Positions 27,050 through 33,575 of a stretch of 64,000 nt of DNA are shown one piece after another; the first letter of the stretch is position 1, and each line of letters begins with the position of its first letter. The DNA comes from a virus. Location: positions 32,001 through 96,000 of the IMG/VR virus record IMGVR_UViG_3300045988_180675, one strand, 5' to 3'. The notes under the pieces are model-generated. The model was given only the letters and a program-made list of their open reading frames with translations. It made no database searches and was not told the DNA's origin. The position numbers and the translations under genes are program-made.

Positions 27050-27766
27050 ATGAAAAGAAAGTATAACATTGTAGTATGTCCTAGATGGGAATTACCACTT
27101 AAACAATTGAATATTGAAACAGGGGTAAAATTTTGTGGAAGAGAATTAGCTGATATGTCTGATGGGAAATTTCCACTTTCCTTATTAGATGTTGATAACG
27201 TCATCTCACACATTCGTCTTGATATTTTGACATATTTGTTTTTCATAAAACCAGAATATGATAGCTTTTTTCAGCTGGTAAAAGATGTTGCAAACAAAAA
27301 ACAAGATATTGAGAAAATTCTTCAAAATGTTTTTGGAGAATTATGTGACCTTGCAAAGAAGAGGATCTTAGTTATCCAAAAAGAGGTTCGTGAGATGTAT
27401 GAGGAATTTAAAAATGACGATGGAAAAACTATTGATGAAGAATTTGGCGATGATGTTCGTCCAGCTTTAGTTCCAGTCATTCACAAGATCGAAGAATCGC
27501 TTGAAAACTTTGTAAAAACTGGATATAACTACCAACACAAATATATTGAGGACAAGTACCCTGAAGCCATCAGAATTGAAGAAGAGCCAGATGGAGAAGA
27601 AATTGAGGTTATGGACCTATTATTCTTCTTTGATCCAAAGTGCTTAAATGTGGATCTACTCGAAAGACGAGTCGAGTCGTTTATTGAAGATATGCAATGT
27701 GATGCACGTATATTGCTGATTAAAAAGAATAGCATATTCCAACCAAGCAAGATGAAGATAAGTTAA
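27050..27766 (+). CDS. Family A paralog
   Basis: MKRKYNIVVCPRWELPLKQLN...; VKTGYNYQHKYIEDKYPEAIRIEEEPDGEEIEVMDLLFFFD. Confidence 0.75.
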   Translation: MKRKYNIVVCPRWELPLKQLNIETGVKFCGRELADMSDGKFPLSLLDVDNVISHIRLDILTYLFFIKPEYDSFFQLVKDVANKKQDIEKILQNVFGELCDLAKKRILVIQKEVREMYEEFKNDDGKTIDEEFGDDVRPALVPVIHKIEESLENFVKTGYNYQHKYIEDKYPEAIRIEEEPDGEEIEVMDLLFFFDPKCLNVDLLERRVESFIEDMQCDARILLIKKNSIFQPSKMKIS

Positions 27767-27794
27767 GTTAAAAACGAAAAGAGAGGAAAAATAC

Positions 27795-28250
27795 ATGGCA
27801 AAAGAAATTAACAAAGAAAAAGTATTAGAAGCCTACAAGCAGGCAACAAAAAAAGGAACATTAACGGAAGGACAGCTATTTGCATTTAGTCAGTTTGCGA
27901 GTCAGTTTATAGACGAATTTGGATATATGCTCAAGAAAGTTATGAGAGAGTTTTGTCCAGATGTTGCAAAGGATATTTATAAGCTACATCATTTTAAAAT
28001 TATGGATGATGTGATTTATCTCAATTATGACGCTGGAGAACTTGGAGAAAGAGAAGACTCTTTCTATATGCCACTCAATTGGATCGGATCCGATCTTACG
28101 AGAAAGGAAAAGAAAATTGAGGGAGAAATTGTTGAGCTTGAAAATCGAAAAAGACGTTTGCAGAAGATGATTGAAAGAAAGAGTGAAACACTTAAATATC
28201 TGGAAGAAGAATATGAGCGATTTGGAACGGAAGAAAGAGAGGCGAAGTAA
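27795..28250 (+). CDS. Family B paralog (globular N-domain plus coiled coil)
   Basis: 151 aa: ...LTEGQLFAFSQFASQF...FCPDVAKD...FYMPLNWIGSDLTRKEKKIEGEIVELENRKRRLQKM. Confidence 0.7.
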   Translation: MAKEINKEKVLEAYKQATKKGTLTEGQLFAFSQFASQFIDEFGYMLKKVMREFCPDVAKDIYKLHHFKIMDDVIYLNYDAGELGEREDSFYMPLNWIGSDLTRKEKKIEGEIVELENRKRRLQKMIERKSETLKYLEEEYERFGTEEREAK

Positions 28251-28726
28251 TGAAAGCGGGTATCGAAAATGCTAAGACAACATTAGAAATCTACGAAAAG
28301 CTAGAAGCTGGCAAAACAATTTCTGTTGAAGAAGTTGAAACTTGCTGGGGTTTTATTGCTGATGTTTACAGTGGGATGGAGAAAAAGGTGGAGAAGATAT
28401 TATCACTTTTTAGATATGGTGATAGAAATCTGTTCAAGAAGATATCGTGGATTAAGGTTGAAAAAAATACTGACGCTGTATATGTTGGATATGAAACAAC
28501 AAGGGGAAATGAAACCCAGGCTTCTTTGAAAAGAAAGTTTTTGTCAATGAGTGATAAAGAACTGAATGAGTGGCACCAAAAATCAAAGAAGAAAAATCTT
28601 GCTTCCTTGATCTTAGATATTGAAAGAACAAGACTTGAACTTACAGCATGCAAGCAATCAATTAGAAACAGTGACAAAGAAATAGAAGAATTAAAAAACA
28701 AATTAAAGAAAATGAAAAAGAGATAG
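28250..28726 (+). CDS. Family B paralog
   Basis: 158 aa, start overlaps the preceding stop (TAATG). ...ISVEEVETCWGFIADV...LSMSDKELNEWHQK...coiled coil. Confidence 0.7.
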   Translation: MKAGIENAKTTLEIYEKLEAGKTISVEEVETCWGFIADVYSGMEKKVEKILSLFRYGDRNLFKKISWIKVEKNTDAVYVGYETTRGNETQASLKRKFLSMSDKELNEWHQKSKKKNLASLILDIERTRLELTACKQSIRNSDKEIEELKNKLKKMKKR

Positions 28727-28741
28727 GAGAAGGTAAAAAGT

Positions 28742-28978
28742 ATGAGAAAAATTTTGGCAAGCGAAAAAGCATACAACATCATTACCGATAATTTGAAAGG
28801 TGTAGCGAAAGAGCTACATGCCTACAAGTTGGGAGATCTTGGTAGTTGTGAACAATTAGAAGAATTTATTGACGATAATTGCGATAGAAGTTACATCGCA
28901 AAAGGCGAAAATATTGAGGATGTTGAAGAATATATCGAAATTGCATCCTTTGACGACAATGGGGAAGTGATAAAATGA
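28742..28978 (+). CDS. Small acidic hypothetical protein
   Basis: 78-aa ORF, RBS AGGAGAAGG. Confidence 0.55.
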   Translation: MRKILASEKAYNIITDNLKGVAKELHAYKLGDLGSCEQLEEFIDDNCDRSYIAKGENIEDVEEYIEIASFDDNGEVIK

Positions 28979-29343
28979 AGAAAATAGGGAAATTATTTCT
29001 GGTGATTACTTTGGTATCGACTTTACTTGGATGTTTTGACACAAGAAGAGGTGGCGATAGAAGTCTAATGAGGGACGTTAAGCCTACTACTTACGAGTTA
29101 TCGGAACAAACAAAGAAAGAAATAGAAGAAGGAACAGACAAAATCATTATTGCCGAGTTCTTCTATCGTGAAAGGTCCACGAGTATGACAGAAGATTCCG
29201 TAACAGCTTCTATTGTGGCAACGGTAAATGCTATCAGCGAGAAGATGGAAGAAAATGGATATACGATTATCTCTTTGGATACGACAACACAGGGAGAAGA
29301 GTCGAGAGCAATTTCGTTTATAGCGATCTTCAGTAAAAAATAA
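28975..29343 (+). CDS. Lipoprotein
   Basis: MKKIGKLFLVITLVSTLLGC lipobox. Terminator at 29352-29377 (AGAGcTGGA/TCCACTCT plus T7). Confidence 0.7.
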   Translation: MKKIGKLFLVITLVSTLLGCFDTRRGGDRSLMRDVKPTTYELSEQTKKEIEEGTDKIIIAEFFYRERSTSMTEDSVTASIVATVNAISEKMEENGYTIISLDTTTQGEESRAISFIAIFSKK

Positions 29344-29392
29344 GAGAAGAAAGAGCTGGAATTTCCACTCTTTTTTTATCTGTGATTGGTTA

Positions 29393-29486
29393 GTGAACTA
29401 CTCGACAATAAATTGCCAAGTTTCCTGCTTCAACTACCATTGCGTCTAGCCTACATGGTTTATGTTGGGGCTATTCCATCTCCACT
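29393..29486. repeat. About 95-bp repeat, copy 1 (copy 2 at 63204-63330, beside the IS200-like remnant)
   Basis: GTGAACTACTCG.CAATAAATT.CCAAGTTTCCTGCTTCAACTACC.TTGC.TCTAGCCTACAT...GGGCTATTCCATC is shared with few mismatches. Copy 2 has an insertion of about 32 bp in the hairpin loop. Confidence 0.7.
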
Positions 29487-29537
29487 TAATATATTCTTTT
29501 TATAATAATTATTTCCTTCTAAATATCAAACTAATGC

Positions 29538-29566
29538 TTGCTAAAAAGAAATTACTGTGCTATACT
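29538..29566 (+). promoter_or_regulatory. Class P-A promoter
   Basis: TTGCTA (29538-29543), AAAAAGAA, 17-nt spacer, TATACT (29561-29566). Confidence 0.65.
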
Positions 29567-29597
29567 ATAGGTATAGAAAGAAAGAGAGAAAAATATT

Positions 29598-29822
29598 ATG
29601 AAAAAGATAAATCAAAAGACAGAACAAGTATCGGCACCAGAACAGGTATCAAAGCTACAACCATTTCCATTTATTGAAAATGAGGATTATTTATTAAAGT
29701 TAAAGAGTGGAGATTATGCTGTCGCATATTGGAACCAAGGGCAGTTTTATTCAGGATTTGGCGACCTATACATTGAAGAAGAGATTGTGGGTATTGTAGC
29801 ATTGAAGGATCTGGGGCTGTAA
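29598..29822 (+). CDS. Small hypothetical protein
   Basis: 74-aa ORF, first gene of a P-A cassette. Confidence 0.55.
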   Translation: MKKINQKTEQVSAPEQVSKLQPFPFIENEDYLLKLKSGDYAVAYWNQGQFYSGFGDLYIEEEIVGIVALKDLGL

Positions 29823-29823
29823 C

Positions 29824-30534
29824 ATGAAGAGAAGATACAACGTTGCAGTTTGTCCTAGATGGGATCTTCCAGTCGAGCATTTAAACACTGAAGCAGGAAT
29901 GCAATTTTGCGAAAGAGAGTTACAGGATATGTACGATGGAGAGTTTCCACTCGTCTTGTTGGATACTCGTGAGATTGCAAAAAACATCTGCTACGATCTT
30001 CTGTTTTATTTGTTTCTTATTTACCCTAGTTATTACGAGAGTTTCTTTTCGTTGATAAAGGAGATTAGTGAAAAGAGAAATGTCGAGCAAATTCTTGGAG
30101 ATTGTTTTGGTGAGCCATGTGAACTTGCCAAAAAGAAGATCCCTGCAATCGAGAAGGATATCGTTGGGATGTATGAAGAATTTAAGTTTGATAACGGAGG
30201 ATTTGTTAATAAAAAATTCGACAAAAACTACCGTTTATCCAGTCAGCACATTCTTTGTAGGTACGAACATTCACTTGAAAGCTTTGTGAAAACTGGCTAC
30301 TTACATCAATATGAATATATTGAAGATAAGTATCCAGAAGCCATTAGGGTTGAAAAAGAGGAAGATGGATCAGAAGTTGAAGTGATGGATCTATTATTCT
30401 TCTACGATCGTAAGAAATTGGATGAAGATGCCATTCGACAGCGTATCAATTTTTTTGCTAGTGAAACCAAATGCGAGGTTCGAGTTATAGTTGTTAAATT
30501 TGATGATGTGTCACAACAAGAAGAAAATGGATAA
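29824..30534 (+). CDS. Family A paralog
   Basis: MKRRYNVAVCPRWDLPVEHLN...; VKTGYLHQYEYIEDKYPEAIRVEKEEDGSEVEVMDLLFFYD. Confidence 0.75.
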   Translation: MKRRYNVAVCPRWDLPVEHLNTEAGMQFCERELQDMYDGEFPLVLLDTREIAKNICYDLLFYLFLIYPSYYESFFSLIKEISEKRNVEQILGDCFGEPCELAKKKIPAIEKDIVGMYEEFKFDNGGFVNKKFDKNYRLSSQHILCRYEHSLESFVKTGYLHQYEYIEDKYPEAIRVEKEEDGSEVEVMDLLFFYDRKKLDEDAIRQRINFFASETKCEVRVIVVKFDDVSQQEENG

Positions 30535-30552
30535 GAAAAGGGAGAACAAAAG

Positions 30553-31002
30553 ATGTTATTTGAAAGAAAAGACATAAAGAAGATTATCGAGATTAGCGAA
30601 AGAATTGCCGACGGGAATAAGTCGTTATCAGCTCAAGATGTCGTAGCGTTTGACTCATTTTATTCAAGCGTTAAGCTTGGTGTTGAGGTGAAGGTTGCAG
30701 AAATTGCCAACGCTTTCTATCCGATCACAAAGCATAAGTTTTTTGAACTAAGAGATTTCTGCATTGTTGACGATATGGTTAATGTTGCTTGTTATGACCT
30801 GGATGTGAATGTGTTTACATTCTCATTTCCAATCAGGATGTTTAACATGAGCAAGAAGGAAATCGAAAGTCACACATTCGACTTATGTCGTCGTCAACTC
30901 AGAAACAAGAAGAAGGAATTAGAAGAAAAAGAAAAAGAAGTAGAAATGCTAAAACAGAAGATTTCTGATTTGGAACAGGTTTGCCAATCTAAAGAATATT
31001 AG
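30553..31002 (+). CDS. Family B paralog
   Basis: 149 aa: ...LSAQDVVAFDSFYSSV...FYPITKHKF...FSFPIRMFNMSKKEIESH...coiled coil. Terminator at 31010-31048. Confidence 0.7.
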   Translation: MLFERKDIKKIIEISERIADGNKSLSAQDVVAFDSFYSSVKLGVEVKVAEIANAFYPITKHKFFELRDFCIVDDMVNVACYDLDVNVFTFSFPIRMFNMSKKEIESHTFDLCRRQLRNKKKELEEKEKEVEMLKQKISDLEQVCQSKEY

Positions 31003-31056
31003 AAGAAGAAAAGTGGGCAGCACTTAATAAGGTGTGGTCCACTTTTTGTATAACTT

Positions 31057-31083
31057 GTTTCGAGTAGTTTCGACCTGTTTCAA
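31057..31083 (+). repeat. Three direct GTTTCGA repeats at 10-bp spacing just upstream of the sRNA-1 promoter
   Basis: GTTTCGA at 31057, GTTTCGA at 31067, GTTTCAA at 31077. The -35 of the next promoter is at 31096. Confidence 0.6.
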
Positions 31084-31130
31084 GCAAACTATTATTTGCG
31101 TTATACTGTTATATATGCTATAATTTAGTT

Positions 31131-31225
31131 AGTCGATCTACCGAGGGTAGAAACGATCTCGAAAGACGAGCTAAACTAATTTCTGTAGGACGCAGCAGAC
31201 ACGGTAACTCGTCTTTTGCCTTTTT
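31131..31225 (+). ncRNA. sRNA-like unit 1 (paralog of 32540-32634)
   Basis: Promoter TTGCGT (31096-31101), 17 nt, TATAAT (31119-31124). Hairpin CTACC-GAG-GGTAG flanked by GATC...AAACGATC. Outer stem GACGAG/CTCGTC encloses hairpin TTCTG-TAGGACGCAG-CAGA. T-runs at 31213-31225. No ORF. Confidence 0.5.
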
Positions 31226-31240
31226 AAGTAACAAATTTGG

Positions 31241-31415
31241 TTGGACTAAAATTAGACCAAATTCAGACCAATAGTAGACTAAGCTTAGACTAGGACCAGT
31301 CTAAAATCGGACTAGAATTAGGGCTATTTCAGACCAAGACTAGACCGATACCAAACTAAATCCAGACTGTGATTAGGATGTATTCAGACTACAACTAGAC
31401 CGAAATCAGGACTTA
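31241..31415 (+). repeat. Array of about 16 direct 11-bp repeats (core T.AGACYA), strictly helically phased
   Basis: The RGAC cores start at 31243, 31254, 31265, 31276, 31287, 31309, 31321, 31331, 31342, 31353, 31364, 31376, 31386, 31397 and 31409. Spacing is 10-12 bp, with one position skipped or inverted near 31298. Confidence 0.8.
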
Positions 31416-31701
31416 TCATCATCTTGATCGTGAATCATTGTGGATCAACGTAAGAAAACAAAAGAAGCTGATCCAGGAGGAAACAAGAGAGAACAAAAAG
31501 GACCAATGATAAGAAATCAAATAGGAAGCAATAAACGATCACAGGAACAATACAAAGTAGAGATATAAAAGAAAAAAGGTGGAAGAACAATGCAGCCACC
31601 TTTTTATATTTTATGTGTGTGCGTTAAGAGATGCTCGCCCAGCCAGAATACAACCATGAAGGCATCCGTAATACAAAAATATACAATATAGCAAAACAAC
31701 C

Positions 31702-32253
31702 CTATAAGGAACTAATATAAGCCACAACCCCATTACGCAACATGGGAACATTATCGCTCATACCAAATAGACAATGATCGCAATTCTCTATAAGACCTTC
31801 TAAAGACAACATATACTTCAATCGTAAAGAGGTAAACAATATAGAACTTGTAAAAATATCCTTAGCAACCACAGAAGGACTTCTTAATGGACCTATATCT
31901 GCCAATACACTCTCTTTAGGTTTTCTATACATCGTAAACTTATCCCCAGGCTTAACAATATAGTTAGTTAGATTCATAATTGGATTCAAGTATATATTGG
32001 AGCAACCTTTCCTATCAACCAATGTTGTTTTATTTTCTGTAATCATATTTGCGATCGTCTTTTCGATAATGATGAACAAAGATTGGAAGTCCACCTTCGT
32101 TTCAGGAAAACAATGGTGATAAGACTCAATACCAAAAGTTTCCTTTAATTCATTAAAAAAGAATTTGTCACTAAAGTCCATTCCGAATAGTTGAGTAGTA
32201 AATACAGTTTCTTCCGTTTTTTCATCTTTCAAGATCAGTTCTATTTTTCTCAT
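31702..32253 (-). CDS. Hypothetical protein; the only solid ORF inside the repeat-rich region
   Basis: 183-aa ORF. Promoter TTGAGA, 17 nt, TATAAT upstream. RBS AAAGAGAGAAGAAAAT. Bidirectional terminator at 31572-31606. No motif recognised. Confidence 0.6.
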   Translation of the reverse strand: MRKIELILKDEKTEETVFTTQLFGMDFSDKFFFNELKETFGIESYHHCFPETKVDFQSLFIIIEKTIANMITENKTTLVDRKGCSNIYLNPIMNLTNYIVKPGDKFTMYRKPKESVLADIGPLRSPSVVAKDIFTSSILFTSLRLKYMLSLEGLIENCDHCLFGMSDNVPMLRNGVVAYISSL

Positions 32254-32539
32254 ATTTTCTTCTCTCTTTCTTTACCCAAATTATATCATATTCTTCATAT
32301 TTTCTCAAAAGAAAATAAAATAGAAAGACACAAGATATGCACAAACAAATAGATCCAAACCTCGTTCCCTGTTTCTTTCTTAGCTCTTCTTTTTTTTATT
32401 AAAAGAGAGAGAATAGGAAAGTGGTAAGAAAAGGTATACGCAAGAAAGGATACAGGAAGAACAAAGGAAGAACACAGGAAATTTAACTCAGTCAAAATTA
32501 CAGCTTGCCATATACTGTTATTCCTGTTATACTTTAAGT

Positions 32540-32634
32540 AGCTGATCTACCAAGGGTAGAAACAGATCCGAGAAACCACTTTAAAACTTCCTGTAAGACG
32601 CAGCAGGAAAGATAAGGTGGTTCCTTGTTTTTTA
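32540..32634 (+). ncRNA. sRNA-like unit 2 (paralog of 31131-31225)
   Basis: Promoter TTGCCA (32505-32510), 17 nt, TATACT (32528-32533). Same GATCTACC.AGGGTAGAAAC.GATC element. Outer stem AACCAC/GTGGTT, inner TTCCTG-TAAGACGCAG-CAGGAA. T6 at 32627-32633. Confidence 0.5.
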
Positions 32635-32890
32635 TATAAAGAAATAAGAATAGGAGAAGTCGGACATGAGAACTCTCCAGTTTTTCTCTTGCCCCTCTTC
32701 TTTTTTTAGAAAAGAAAGAAATAAGGAAAAGGCAGGGAAAACATAAGGGAGGTATATCAGAACGAAATAATATGGATCCAGATTATGTAATCAGTGGAAC
32801 GGGAATTACAGGATCCAACCGTGAGTCCATATATTGTTTGCTATATCTTAGGTTGCTGCATTACTCTACTTTATCTTTATTTATATAATA

Positions 32891-33575
32891 TTGGATTCCT
32901 CTACTATACCAATATACAGTATGTACAGTTATTATATTGGGCTATTCTAGTAGTCCATATTTATTATTCAGTATCGTTTATCTTGGGCTACTCTAATAGA
33001 ACAAAATTTTACAATAAGCCCATTATTCTCTATGGTTCTATCTTTTGTTTTTGGTTTGCTCTAGTAGCCCAGTATTATAACGATCTATATTTATACTTGG
33101 TCTACTCTATCGACCCAGTATCCTTTATTTATGCAAATTATTTTTTGGGCTTATCTACTAACCCATATTCTTATATATTACCTATATTTTTGGGCTGATC
33201 TACTGGACCAACTTCATTCTTGGTTTTCTCTATCAACCCATTATTTATCCAGATCAAACTAATTCTTGGGCTATTCTATCAGCCCATACTTTTTCTATTC
33301 TTGGTTTTCTCTATAAGACCAATCTCATTACACTGGGCTACTTAAGTATACCAGTCTATACAGATTCTTGGGCTACTAGACGGAACCATTTTTCTTATCT
33401 TAGTTTTCTTATTTCTTGGGCTACTCTACTATCCATATTATTTTCTTGATCTACTTCTTTTTGGGTCGCTATAGCAGACCAATATTTTATATATCTCTTT
33501 ATTTTCTTGGGCTACTATACGAGTCCAATTTTTATTCTTTAATATCTTTAATCTTGGGCTACTATAGCAGACCGT
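32891..33575 (+). repeat. Array of about 17 degenerate 21-22-bp inverted-repeat sites (consensus TTGGGCTACTCTA..AG.CCA), mostly spaced 44-49 bp apart, with some at about 30-35 bp
   Basis: Sites start near 32891, 32937, 32983, 33051, 33097, 33145, 33190, 33220, 33266, 33301, 33333, 33368, 33416, 33461, 33507 and 33554, plus a degenerate or inverted one near 33016. Example: TTGGTCTACTCTATCGACCCA, where TGGTC and GACCA are complementary. Confidence 0.8.

Noticed and set aside
27046-29987. Minus-strand ORFs 27046-27246, 29671-29880 and 29766-29987, antisense to the 5' ends of family A genes
   Set aside because: They look conserved only because they mirror the conserved N-termini of the paralogous sense genes. 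They have no RBS and run into the promoters.
31131-31160. The 5' hairpin of the sRNA units (GATCTACCGAGGGTAGAAACGATC) as a solitary CRISPR-repeat mimic
   Set aside because: The shape (a short hairpin followed by ...GAAAC) is reminiscent of Cas6-processed repeats. However, the downstream 'spacer' is itself conserved and structured between the two copies, and no matching array or cas locus is visible. I therefore treat it as part of a structured sRNA. It remains a low-probability alternative.
32891-33575. Possible CRISPR array
   Set aside because: The repeats are degenerate, only about 21 bp long and internally palindromic in a protein-site manner. The intervening segments are 10-25 bp and AT-rich with shared sequence. 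No cas genes or leader are present in the window.
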